This document shows, one piece after another, positions 1 through 9,827 of a DNA stretch of 64,000 nt. The stretch's first letter is position 1, and each line of letters begins with the position of its first letter. The notes below the pieces were generated by a model. The model was not told where the DNA came from. It saw only the letters and a program-made list of their open reading frames with translations, and ran no database searches. This DNA is from a virus: the IMG/VR virus record IMGVR_UViG_3300018080_000004; one strand, 5' to 3'. Made by a program: the position numbers and the translations under genes.

Positions 1-3000
1 GGGGCAAGGCCGCGAGGGACCGGCAGCCCAAGCAGAAGGAGAAGCAGGTCGCCGCGAGGCGCGTGGGGCGCCGGGGGCTCGCCCGTCGGACCGCCGCCGC
101 CAAGAAGTGGCACCAGTCGAGCCAGGGCGCCCGATACCACCGGGCCCTCGGCGACTACAACCGGGAATCGCTCCGTGGCCGGTCCCAGGGGTTCGCCCCG
201 CGCCTGTTCGAGGACGGCCTGGACTACTTCTTCGGTGACATGGTGCTGTGGGCCCTCGACAGCCGGTCCCAGGGGGCCCGCGTGGCGCCCGCCGGGAGCC
301 TCATCGAAGGTCCGTCAAGCACCCCCCACCGGGGTGGCCCCGACCCCCTGGGACCGACCGGGATGGCGGATATGTCTCCGCACGGGGAATTTTCTCCGCA
401 CGGGGAAATTTCCGAGGCGGTGGACCAGCCGGACCTCATCGAGTTCTGGCCGAAGACGGGATTCATCCATGTGGCCTCGACGGACCGGCAGCGGCTCGGC
501 GACGTGGAGCTCGTGTTCAACCGGCATTTCGGGGACCTGGGGGAGTTCGATTCTTTCGGTCCCGTGAAGAAGACGGGGACGGGGTACTACCTTTCGATCT
601 TCGAGCCCCAGGACGAGGACCTCTATTTCCCCACGGAACAGGAGGTGAGGCGAGCGGCACGGTCGGCGGGGCGGGACCTCGAAGGGATCAAGGTGGTGTA
701 CGCCGCGAAGGGGGTGCGGGCGGCCTACGAGGGTCTGGGTGAGGGCAAGTACAGGGTGGACATCCCGGCGAGCGACAAGCAGGCGGGGGCCATGTTCAAG
801 GTGCAGGCGAAGGACGCGGGCATGGGGGTGTACGCCGATCCGAGCGGGAAGTTCCTCATCGTCACGACCGGCGACGCCAAGACCCTGGGCGGTCTTCTCC
901 AGCGCCACCGCCTGGGGGCCCAGCCCATGGAGGCCGTTCTGCGCGAGTGGGAGACCACGCGGTTCGGTCCGCTCAAGGGTGGTGCCGTGGGTGTCTTCCG
1001 GTTCGACTCCTCGGCGGATGCGGGGCGGTTCGAGGCGGCGGTCGAGAAGATCATCGCGGGCTACGACTTGGCGGGCATCTACCGTAAGGACGCTTTCACG
1101 CGGTCGGTGGAGCTCCCCCCGGAGGCGGCGGGTCTCCGTGGCGAGATCGAGGACCTCGCCAAGACGCACCGGGGCAAGGTCTGGGAGGGCGCGGTCCGGG
1201 AGGCGTTCTTCGAGTACCCCCGTATCGCAAACCGTCGTCTTCGCAAAGCCCTGGAAGACTTCCGGGAGGTCGTGGAGCAGCGCGACGGCGAGCAGTACGG
1301 CTACTACCTGGACTCCCTCGTGGCCTACTACACCCAGGGGCGCACCGGGGTCCGCGACGTGAAGAAGCCCACCCCGCGTGCCCCCGGCCTGGACCCCGCC
1401 ACGTGCGCGAAGATCGAACAGGAATTGAAGTCCCTCATGCGAATCGCAGGCGCGACACCCCACGGCGAGTCCCTGGGTGAGGCGGACAGGAGCAGGGAGG
1501 AGATCGCCCGCTGGACCGGTATCATCAAGAAGACGGGGAGCAGGGGCGTGGAAAGACTGCGCCGCTACCTGGGTTCCCTCGCCCTGGGGCGCGACTTCGA
1601 CGAGACGATGGAGGCGTACCTGGAGCGCAAGGGACTGGTGGCCTTCGACGAGTGGGCCCAGGACGTGGTGCACGGGCGCATCGCGGTGGAGCGTCTGGGG
1701 GAGGCCACCACCACCGACTACGAGCCCGCGCCCGGTCTCATCTTCCGGGTGAAGAAGCAGGGGGCCTTCAACTATCTGACCATCCTGCACGGGCCGAGCG
1801 GGACACTCATCCGGCGGGTGCAGCTCCCTATCAAGTTCGTGAGGGACTTCGTGGAGCTGGCGAAGGTGACGCTGGGCAAGGTGGACTGGGACAAGCCTTT
1901 CGATCAGGTGGATATGGGGGCCGCGAGGCGGGCTGTCGGGGAGTACGACAAGTGGGTCGAGCGTATCTCCCCGGACGTGGGCGTTCTCGTGGTGTCGATG
2001 GACGCCCCCATCCGGCGGCGGGATCGGGTGGAAGCGAAGGAGGTGATGGACATCGGGTTCCTCAAGTCCAAGGACCCCTACACGGTGATGTACGCCTGGA
2101 AGCGCCAGGGCCCGGTCATGCTGGCGGTGGTGTCCGGGAAGAAGGAAGCCGAGAGGTTCCTCGACGACATCAAGAATCAGGGCGGCAACGGGACGATCTT
2201 CAAGGGGGACAGGAAGAACGAGTCCCTGGGCGAGGGCATGCAGAAGTACCTCATCAAGTTCTCGTCGGGGGGAACCCAGTCCAGTTTCTCGCGGGAGCTG
2301 ACGACACGGTTCGGGAGCAGGAGCCACAAGCTTTGGGGGACTTCCTTCGCCCCGGAGGGCGGCGTCCTGGCGCGGTATGAGATCGACATCCCGAAGGAAG
2401 AAGTGGAGCGCCTCGTCCAGTACGGGCAGGGGAAGATCGTGGCGCTCACGTGGGAGTCCGTCCTGGACGAGGCCCTTCCCCGCCGTCTGCAAAAGGCCAT
2501 GGACGACTACCTGGACACCGTGCGGAGCCGCTTCGGCGAGTACGAGGATTTCGCCGCCGCCTGCATCATGTACTACACGCAGCCGAAGCACGGCGGCGTG
2601 CAGCGCCCCACCATCTCCGGCACGGGGCTCAGTCCGAAGATCGCCAAGAAGATCGAGACGGAAATTGAGGGGCTCATCCGGATGGCGGGATACACGCCGT
2701 ACGGCTCGATCACCGTGCGACCCGGCCGCACGGAGGGCCTGGACGAGGCCAAGGTAACGGGTCCCTGGCCGAAAAGCAGAGGGCACCTCGCCTTTCTCAA
2801 GGGCGCCCATTCGCCGGAGCCTTACGAGTTCTACCTCGATGCGCGGGGCGAGCTGTGGCGTGCGCCGGTCAGCGCGGTGATCGACATCGACACCGGCTAC
2901 CGGATCGGGCGGTGGGAAGCGCCGAAGCACATGGCGAAGCGGATGTTCGATCAGGCCGTCAAGGCGTTCGAGAGCGTCGGGAGCGCCGTCGAGTACGAGC

Positions 3001-6000
3001 GCCGCGAGATCGGGCGCCTCCGGGAAGAGCTGCGCGTGGCGCTGCAAAGGGGGGACCGGCAGAAGGAGGCGGCGGTCCGCTACGCCCTCGGCATGGCCGA
3101 AGCCGCCCTTGAGATCGCCCTGCGCGAGGCGCGGAGCGGGAAGGACATCGCCGGGGACATCAAGGTGTCCCACCCCGGCGTCGAGGTGAAGGTCTTGCGC
3201 GACCGGGGCGACGACATCCTGCTCCAGGTCAAGGGCACCACGGACGAGGCCGGGATCATCCGAAGCCTCCAGGACGTGTCCGGGAAATACTGGAAGCGGG
3301 CCGGGGGCGACGCCAGGAAGGGGTACAAGTACGCGGTCGCGGACAGCCCCTTCGGCAGGAAGGGAATGGACGAGGCGACGGAGGGGCCGAGGCTCCCCCA
3401 CGACTTCGTGGTGGCGAACCAGCCCACGTGGCAGACCGTGAACGCGCCGGACGGCGGAACGCGGGTCGAGGTCCTCCGGGTGAAGGACTCGAAGTACGTG
3501 GCCGTTCCCGAAAGCGGCAGGCGCAACGCCCGGCGTTTCGCCATCGTCGAAGTCAAGCACGGCGACTACGTGACCCAGGTGAACAACCGTGAAGTGGTCG
3601 GGTGGCTCGTGCGGGCTTTCTACCGCGAGACCGTCGGCGAGTCCCTGGGGGAGGGGATCAATATCCCGAAATACTACGCCTGGGTGAAAACCCTCAAAGT
3701 CGGCGACGAGATCGAGGCGCGGTGGGGCCGGGGCAACCGGGCGCGGGCGCGGATCACCGGGGTGGGCAGTCGGCTCATCACGGCCGCCCTCCTCGAACCG
3801 GTGGGCCAGTGGAAGAAGGGCTTCGACATGACCCTTCCGAAGCCGAGGTCCGGCTCGACGAACTGGGACATCGACGACGGCCCCTTCCCCCTGGACATGG
3901 GCCTCGTGAGCGAGAGCCTCGCCGAGGCGGACGAGTTTGTCCTTCCGGCGGACCCGAAGGAGCGGCCCAAGGTCTACAAGCTCACCCCCAAAGACAAGCG
4001 CCTCCTCAAGCGGACCGTCCACGACGCACTCAAGACCACGTACTTCCGCAGCGCGGGCGAGGCCGTTACCTGGGTGTCCCAGGCCCTCGACAAGATCGGC
4101 TACCAGTTCGGCGGGACCTTCACGGACCGCCTCCAGAACGCACCCGGCTCGGACCTGAAACGGAGCCTGTTCCTCCAGCGGATGACGAACGACCCCTTCT
4201 GGCCGCTCGACGTTACGAACGGCTCGGTCTACCTGACCTTCTACCGGATGGACAGCGGGCGCGTGGAAGTCGTGGGGTACTTCACCGAGGACGTGGAGCG
4301 CGTGGGGGACACCATCGTCGAGGGGATCAATGATCCCTACATCTTCAAGGCCGTGTTCCTCGCGGGCGGTCCGGGCTCCGGCAAGAGCTTCATCGCCAAT
4401 CAGATGTTCGCCGGGACCGGGCTCAAGTTCCTGAACAGCGACCTCGCCTTCGAGTACCTGCTCCGGAAGCGGGACCTCCCGTTCAACATCGACCCGAAGG
4501 ACAATCTCACATACGCGAAGCAGATGGGCGCCAGGGGCCGGGCCAAGGAGATCACCGACCTCCGGAAGGACCTCTGGCTCAACGGCATGCTGGGCCTCGT
4601 GGTGGACGGCACCGGAAGGGACTACGACAAGATCAGCCACATGGCCTCGAACCTCAAAGCCCTGGGCTACGATACGTCCATGGTCTTCGTGAACACGACC
4701 CTCGACGTGGCGAAGCAGCGGAACCTGGAGCGGGAGCGGTCCGTCCCGGAAGAGGTCGTGGTCAACGCTTGGCAGGAAGTCCAGTCGAACATGGGCAAAT
4801 TCCAGGCGTATTTCGGGGGCGACAACTTTGTCATCGTGGACAATAGCAAAGCCCTCGACAAGGCCGGGATCGACCAGATCGGCATGCAGCTCCGGAAGAA
4901 AGCCCTCAAGCTCGTGGGCAAGCCCGTGAAGAACCCGGTGGGCAAGGCGGTCATCGACACGCTCAAGCGGACCGGCGGGAGGACCATGAGCGACCTCGCC
5001 CAGGCCCAGGCCGTCGCGGCTTCGCGCATGCCCAAGTTCATCGGCCACTGCATCGCCGAGTTCGCCGGGCTCTCCGGGTCCGAGATCGAGGGCCTCCTCG
5101 GCGAGGGGAACACCTTCTTCGTCCCGATGGGAGACTCCGCCCCGGCGTACGGCGCGTGGCTCCTCACACGGGCGCACCGGCTCACGGAGGACGAAGAAGA
5201 CAAGCTGACCCCGGAGGAGCGTGCAAGCATCGTGCCCAAAGTCTTCGCATGGCTCCAGGGCGAAGCCGATCCGTGCGACGACGAGTTCCATGCCTGGGCG
5301 GAATCCCAGGGGCTCAACGTGCACAAGGCCGAGGCGGCCGCCTACGACCTCGCCAAGCGGTTCGTGGAGATGCTCACCGGAGGCAAGAGCAAGGGACAGG
5401 TCCCGGCGGGCATCGAGCAAGCTGCCATCGACAAGGGCGTCGCGGTGGAGTACGAGCACACCGGAAACAAGGAGATAGCCCGGAAGATCGCCCTCGATCA
5501 TCTCACCGAGTTCCCGAACTACTACGAAGCCCTGGCGAAGATGGAGGCCGATCTCAAGGCGGCCAAGGGCGGCGCCCCCGCCCCGGCCGAGAGCGTCCAG
5601 GAGAACGTGGGTGTCGTCTACTACAAGGGCGGCAAGGCCGCCACGGTCATGGGCCCTTACCTGACCGTCTCGGACGCCATGCTCGCGGCTGACCGGGTGT
5701 ATCCCCTGCGCGGGAACGAGCAGTGGGAGGACGCCACGGACGAGAACCAGAAGCGCATCACTACGGACGGCTACGTCGAGACCATGCCCTGGGGCGACGC
5801 GGAGGTCATCTCCTCGAAGCCGGGGGCCGTCCTCTACCACGAGGACAGGGTGGGCGCCTCCCTCGACGCGGGGCGCCTACAGGCGCTCCGGGCCACCCTC
5901 GCGGAGCACTTCGCTGGGGACGCCGAGGTCATCGACGAGTTCGTCGGAAGCATCTCGGACACGGGGACGAGCGACGCGGCGGACAAGTTCGCCGTGGAGC

Positions 6001-7193
6001 TCCAGAAGAAGCTCGATTCGGTGGTGCCCGCTCCCCAGATCGTCAAGGTCCAGGCGGATCATCGGTTCGATCCCAGGACCTCCTCGGTGGCAATCTTCTA
6101 CCACGCGGACCCGAACCCCCCGAACGGGATCGTCCACAATGACCCGACCTACACGATCATCCACGTGTGGGGATTCATGAAGGGTGGCGCGGACACGGCG
6201 AAGGTCGAGGCCGAGGCCGGGCTGCGGGCCCGCAAGCCCTATCCCTTCCTCCGGAAGCGGACGGCTGCCCCCGGTGCCATCCAAGACTACATCGTCAAGT
6301 GGTTCCGGACGCAGATGCTCCCGGCCGTCAAGAACACGTCTGAGGGCGTTTTCGTCGAAGCCAAGGACGACATGGAAATCGCTTTCGACATCGTGGCGGC
6401 GGTGGCGTCGGACGCCGGGGCGGACGACGAGACTCTCTACCGGGACCTCGTTCGGGACCCCAAGGCGTTCTTCCGTCGCTGGAAGAAGTACATCCCCAGG
6501 GAGTATTACATCTTCTTCGAGCGGACGGACCTGGACGCGGCCGTCAAGCGGCTCGAAGAGAAGATGCCCCCGTGGGGGTACACCGGCGGCCTGCCCAAGG
6601 GGGTCCCTCACAAGCGGGGCCGCACGGCCTTTCCCAGCAAGCGGCAGATCACCTTCGCCGCCCGGAAAGCCGGGCTGCCCTACGACGAGGCGTGGCTCGT
6701 GGCGCGGGACTACTTCGCCTACGGGATGCCCATCGACAAGATTCTCAAGATGCACAGCGGGATGGACCCGGCCAAGGTTACGGCGGCCGTGGCCTACCTC
6801 CTGACCCGGTACGACCAGCCGAGGACCATGCGGGCCCGGCAGGAGTCCTTCCTGTCCCTGGCGGACCTCTACGGGGAGGCGTGGTACGATGAGGAGCCGG
6901 TGGACGTGTCCAGGTGGCGCGACGCCATCGACCGCATCGGGACCATGCTCAAGTCCAAGCAGTACGTCCAGAGCATCACGGCCGTGGCCGACTCGGCGGC
7001 GGAGGATGCGGTGCGGGAGGCCCAGTCCCTCCGCGACGCTCCGAAGGACGCTTTCCTGACCCTCGCCACGGAGTTCACGGAAGTAGCCCAGCTCCTCCGG
7101 CAGGGCAAGCCCTTCGCCGATGCCCTCCAGCGCCTCATGGGCGTGGAGATCGCCCTCGGCAACGTGGAGGCGGCCCTCGACGAGGAGAGATAG
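1..7193 (+). CDS. Giant modular head-associated polyprotein-like protein, 5'-truncated (>2390 aa)
   Basis: The frame is open from base 3 (GKAARDRQPKQKEK...), so the true start lies upstream of the window. Strong G/C-ending codon bias. More than 20 short modules separated by ESLGE[AG]/ESLAEA/ESVQEN/EGAVREA-type linkers. Confidence 0.85.
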   Translation, partial: GKAARDRQPKQKEKQVAARRVGRRGLARRTAAAKKWHQSSQGARYHRALGDYNRESLRGRSQGFAPRLFEDGLDYFFGDMVLWALDSRSQGARVAPAGSLIEGPSSTPHRGGPDPLGPTGMADMSPHGEFSPHGEISEAVDQPDLIEFWPKTGFIHVASTDRQRLGDVELVFNRHFGDLGEFDSFGPVKKTGTGYYLSIFEPQDEDLYFPTEQEVRRAARSAGRDLEGIKVVYAAKGVRAAYEGLGEGKYRVDIPASDKQAGAMFKVQAKDAGMGVYADPSGKFLIVTTGDAKTLGGLLQRHRLGAQPMEAVLREWETTRFGPLKGGAVGVFRFDSSADAGRFEAAVEKIIAGYDLAGIYRKDAFTRSVELPPEAAGLRGEIEDLAKTHRGKVWEGAVREAFFEYPRIANRRLRKALEDFREVVEQRDGEQYGYYLDSLVAYYTQGRTGVRDVKKPTPRAPGLDPATCAKIEQELKSLMRIAGATPHGESLGEADRSREEIARWTGIIKKTGSRGVERLRRYLGSLALGRDFDETMEAYLERKGLVAFDEWAQDVVHGRIAVERLGEATTTDYEPAPGLIFRVKKQGAFNYLTILHGPSGTLIRRVQLPIKFVRDFVELAKVTLGKVDWDKPFDQVDMGAARRAVGEYDKWVERISPDVGVLVVSMDAPIRRRDRVEAKEVMDIGFLKSKDPYTVMYAWKRQGPVMLAVVSGKKEAERFLDDIKNQGGNGTIFKGDRKNESLGEGMQKYLIKFSSGGTQSSFSRELTTRFGSRSHKLWGTSFAPEGGVLARYEIDIPKEEVERLVQYGQGKIVALTWESVLDEALPRRLQKAMDDYLDTVRSRFGEYEDFAAACIMYYTQPKHGGVQRPTISGTGLSPKIAKKIETEIEGLIRMAGYTPYGSITVRPGRTEGLDEAKVTGPWPKSRGHLAFLKGAHSPEPYEFYLDARGELWRAPVSAVIDIDTGYRIGRWEAPKHMAKRMFDQAVKAFESVGSAVEYERREIGRLREELRVALQRGDRQKEAAVRYALGMAEAALEIALREARSGKDIAGDIKVSHPGVEVKVLRDRGDDILLQVKGTTDEAGIIRSLQDVSGKYWKRAGGDARKGYKYAVADSPFGRKGMDEATEGPRLPHDFVVANQPTWQTVNAPDGGTRVEVLRVKDSKYVAVPESGRRNARRFAIVEVKHGDYVTQVNNREVVGWLVRAFYRETVGESLGEGINIPKYYAWVKTLKVGDEIEARWGRGNRARARITGVGSRLITAALLEPVGQWKKGFDMTLPKPRSGSTNWDIDDGPFPLDMGLVSESLAEADEFVLPADPKERPKVYKLTPKDKRLLKRTVHDALKTTYFRSAGEAVTWVSQALDKIGYQFGGTFTDRLQNAPGSDLKRSLFLQRMTNDPFWPLDVTNGSVYLTFYRMDSGRVEVVGYFTEDVERVGDTIVEGINDPYIFKAVFLAGGPGSGKSFIANQMFAGTGLKFLNSDLAFEYLLRKRDLPFNIDPKDNLTYAKQMGARGRAKEITDLRKDLWLNGMLGLVVDGTGRDYDKISHMASNLKALGYDTSMVFVNTTLDVAKQRNLERERSVPEEVVVNAWQEVQSNMGKFQAYFGGDNFVIVDNSKALDKAGIDQIGMQLRKKALKLVGKPVKNPVGKAVIDTLKRTGGRTMSDLAQAQAVAASRMPKFIGHCIAEFAGLSGSEIEGLLGEGNTFFVPMGDSAPAYGAWLLTRAHRLTEDEEDKLTPEERASIVPKVFAWLQGEADPCDDEFHAWAESQGLNVHKAEAAAYDLAKRFVEMLTGGKSKGQVPAGIEQAAIDKGVAVEYEHTGNKEIARKIALDHLTEFPNYYEALAKMEADLKAAKGGAPAPAESVQENVGVVYYKGGKAATVMGPYLTVSDAMLAADRVYPLRGNEQWEDATDENQKRITTDGYVETMPWGDAEVISSKPGAVLYHEDRVGASLDAGRLQALRATLAEHFAGDAEVIDEFVGSISDTGTSDAADKFAVELQKKLDSVVPAPQIVKVQADHRFDPRTSSVAIFYHADPNPPNGIVHNDPTYTIIHVWGFMKGGADTAKVEAEAGLRARKPYPFLRKRTAAPGAIQDYIVKWFRTQMLPAVKNTSEGVFVEAKDDMEIAFDIVAAVASDAGADDETLYRDLVRDPKAFFRRWKKYIPREYYIFFERTDLDAAVKRLEEKMPPWGYTGGLPKGVPHKRGRTAFPSKRQITFAARKAGLPYDEAWLVARDYFAYGMPIDKILKMHSGMDPAKVTAAVAYLLTRYDQPRTMRARQESFLSLADLYGEAWYDEEPVDVSRWRDAIDRIGTMLKSKQYVQSITAVADSAAEDAVREAQSLRDAPKDAFLTLATEFTEVAQLLRQGKPFADALQRLMGVEIALGNVEAALDEER
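4323..4985 (+). other. P-loop kinase module (AAA_33/Zeta-toxin-like) inside ORF1
   Basis: GINDPYIFKAVFLAGGPGSGKS Walker A, FLNSD, LVVDGTGRDY, MVFVNTTLDVAKQRNLERER lid motif. Confidence 0.8.
5230..5570 (+). other. DUF5661-like module inside ORF1
   Basis: DDEFHAWAE..G...HKAE followed by KGVAVEYEHT..KEIARKIALDHLTEFPNYYEALAKME, which matches my recollection of this phage domain. Confidence 0.65.
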
Positions 7194-7208
7194 CCCAGAG
7201 AGGTAAAG

Positions 7209-9827
7209 ATGAAGTCCATACTCGAAAAGATCGGCCTCGCCAGTCCGGGCGAGACAACCTTCTTCCGGCTCGCGGTCGCGGGATACGACCCGGACTTCTT
7301 CGTGCCCGTCGTGCCGGTGCTCGAAGCGGCCCAGCCCGCCGGGAGCCTCCGGTGGCTCCTTGGCGAGGCGCCGTCCCTCTGGGACATCCTCTCCCTCCAC
7401 AAGGCGGTCCTGGAGAGCCGGGAGTACCGGGACGCCAACGGCGTGGAGTACGAACAGTTCGAGGACGGTGGAGACGTGTACGTCTTCAACCGGGTCTTCC
7501 CCGGAAGCCTCCAGCTCTTCACTCCCCTCGGCGAGGAGATCAATTACAAGCCGTGCGGCGTGTGCGGGGTCAGCCCGGCGGCGGAGATGTACCACGGCCC
7601 CAACCTGTGCGCCGAGTGCGCCGGGGTGGTCATCGAGAAGATCAAGGCCGAGGACGGGAAGCGGGTGGGCGTCCACACGGCCGAGGCCAAGCGGTGGTGC
7701 TCCGAAGCGGGCATCTTCCAGAAGCGGTGCATCCCGTTCGCGGACAAGATCGAGGACATGCCCGCCCTCCTCGCCAAGGCCACGGGGGAGTTCCGGGTGG
7801 CCGAGGATTCCAGGAGCACTGTCGCCCTCGTGGCGCGGCGCGTGGAGCGCGGGCTGCTCGATCCCAAGGTCGCCGAGGCGTTCCTCGTCGAGGAGGACTT
7901 GCCCACCACGGTTCCCCGCCGGGTGCTCTTGCCCACCGTCCCGGTGGACAACGATTTCGTAACGGCGGAGGCCATCGAGGAGTGGTTCGAGGACTGTCAG
8001 GAGGAGTTCGGCTACCGGACCCGCGAGGCCATGCCCCATGGGGTGGCCTACTTCGGCGAGGACGAGGTGGTCGTGGTGGCTTTCGATCACCTGCTTTCCG
8101 AGGAGGCCAAGGACCTCGTGGTGGGGGCGGCGGACGCTCAGCGCGTCCTGGAGGGCCTCATCGCCCCCGCCGAGGCCAGCACGTCCTTCCACTCGGTCCT
8201 CGTGCCCAAGGAGCGCGGCCCGGCTTTCCTGGAGGCCCTGGGGTTCTCCACCGAGACAGGGAGCGAGGAGCGTAAGCGCGTACGTTACCTCCAAGCCCCA
8301 TCGGAGCGGTTCGCTCCCGGTTCGATCAAGCGTGCCATTCTGGCCGACGGGACGGAGATCACCTTCGGCGAGAGGCTGGAGCGCCCGGACGATCTCATGG
8401 AGAAGGCGTGGGAGGAGTTCGACGCGGCCGTCTCCGGGAAGGACCCGGCCGAGATCGAGGCCGGGCTCGTGAAACATCTGGACGGGGGCGCGAGCGGCCT
8501 GGGCGGGGCGGCCGAGGCGGCGCTCCAGAAGCTCGACGCGCTCGCCGATCCGGCGCCGGAGAACCCGGCCGACATCAAGGCCCGGCTCATGACCGAGAAG
8601 ATGAAAGTCCAGAAGCTCCTCTTTCCGGTCTCGAAGTACAGCACGGAGGAGGCCAAGGCCAAGGCCAAGAAGCTGGGTTTCTCTCCCCAGGAGGCCGAGA
8701 CGCGGGACGAGTACGTCCACGTGCGGGTGGCGAAACCGAAGCAGGGCGTCGTGACCCGCACCTTCGACTTCGGGAAGGGCATCAAGGCCGTGGGGCAGCG
8801 CGTGGCCGACTCCCAGGTCCGGGTCTACGACGACCCGGCGGACATGGGGCGCCTGCTCCGCGAGATCGCCCTCCACAACCTCGTGGAGGGGGCGGACAAG
8901 GTGGCGATCACCGGGCCACGGTCCTGGGCCCTGGGCTACCCCACCGGGGACGCCTCCCTCCTCGTCTACTTCCCCCGGCACGGGATCGCCCGCGTCTACG
9001 CCAGGGAAGACCTCGCCTTTCGGTTCGAGGATGAGGCCCTCAGCGAGCAGGCCATCCCGAATCCGCCCCCGGACACCGAGGCGGAGAACATGGACCAGAT
9101 GCTCGACGGGATCGTCCGGAAGCTCATCTTGAGCGGCTCCCTCGATGCCCTCCAGGACGTGGAGTTCGACGAGGACACGTCGAGCATTTACCTCTTCTTT
9201 TCGGCAGGCGTCCAGCGCGACGAGATCGACGAGATCATGCGGGACCTCTCCCGGCAGTACGCCCAGACCCAGCTCGTGGCGTCGCCGGATCAATCCCTCC
9301 CGGACGAGGTGGGCGAGTCGGACTGGTGGGTCGTCTTCGTCCCCGGCAAGGATTCGGAGGGGGCTTTCGGAACGCCAGACCCGGCCAAGTGGGGCGCGGC
9401 CAATCTGCCCTCCACGGTGCCCCAGGGCTTCTCCCAGTACATGGACCAGGACACGGCCCAGTCCATCGCCAAGGGCCTCAGCCTGGACAAGGCCATCGAC
9501 GCCCTCACCACCGAGGACCTCGACGGGCTCAAGGAGGTGGACTTCAACCCGTACACCTTCGCCCTGGCGTTCGCCGGGCACTTCGGCCTCGACGAGAAGG
9601 CCATCACGTCCTCGCCGCTCGCCCCCGGCACCGTGTTCCTCAACGTGGCGAACGAGTCGGGGGTCGTGAAGCGGCTCGACTTCACCCAGCCCGGCGTCGG
9701 CGCCGGTGTCAACGTCGTGGTCACCGACGCGGCCAACGGCCGCAAGGAGACCGTGGGGAACTTCAAGCAGCCCTCGATCATGGGGCTCCTGGACAGGCTG
9801 GGAGAGAACCCGGCATGGAGAGCGTAG
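7209..9827 (+). CDS. Large head-region hypothetical protein (872 aa) with a Zn-finger-like segment
   Basis: ATG after an AGAGG SD. CGVC...CAEC motif. VQKLLFPVSKYSTEEAKAKAKKLGF segment resembles small phage head-protein domains. LGE/LE-type sites present. Confidence 0.75.
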   Translation: MKSILEKIGLASPGETTFFRLAVAGYDPDFFVPVVPVLEAAQPAGSLRWLLGEAPSLWDILSLHKAVLESREYRDANGVEYEQFEDGGDVYVFNRVFPGSLQLFTPLGEEINYKPCGVCGVSPAAEMYHGPNLCAECAGVVIEKIKAEDGKRVGVHTAEAKRWCSEAGIFQKRCIPFADKIEDMPALLAKATGEFRVAEDSRSTVALVARRVERGLLDPKVAEAFLVEEDLPTTVPRRVLLPTVPVDNDFVTAEAIEEWFEDCQEEFGYRTREAMPHGVAYFGEDEVVVVAFDHLLSEEAKDLVVGAADAQRVLEGLIAPAEASTSFHSVLVPKERGPAFLEALGFSTETGSEERKRVRYLQAPSERFAPGSIKRAILADGTEITFGERLERPDDLMEKAWEEFDAAVSGKDPAEIEAGLVKHLDGGASGLGGAAEAALQKLDALADPAPENPADIKARLMTEKMKVQKLLFPVSKYSTEEAKAKAKKLGFSPQEAETRDEYVHVRVAKPKQGVVTRTFDFGKGIKAVGQRVADSQVRVYDDPADMGRLLREIALHNLVEGADKVAITGPRSWALGYPTGDASLLVYFPRHGIARVYAREDLAFRFEDEALSEQAIPNPPPDTEAENMDQMLDGIVRKLILSGSLDALQDVEFDEDTSSIYLFFSAGVQRDEIDEIMRDLSRQYAQTQLVASPDQSLPDEVGESDWWVVFVPGKDSEGAFGTPDPAKWGAANLPSTVPQGFSQYMDQDTAQSIAKGLSLDKAIDALTTEDLDGLKEVDFNPYTFALAFAGHFGLDEKAITSSPLAPGTVFLNVANESGVVKRLDFTQPGVGAGVNVVVTDAANGRKETVGNFKQPSIMGLLDRLGENPAWRA

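Noticed and set aside
4323-4985. Zeta/epsilon toxin-antitoxin system
   Set aside because: The kinase is an internal module of a giant ORF and no adjacent antitoxin gene is present.
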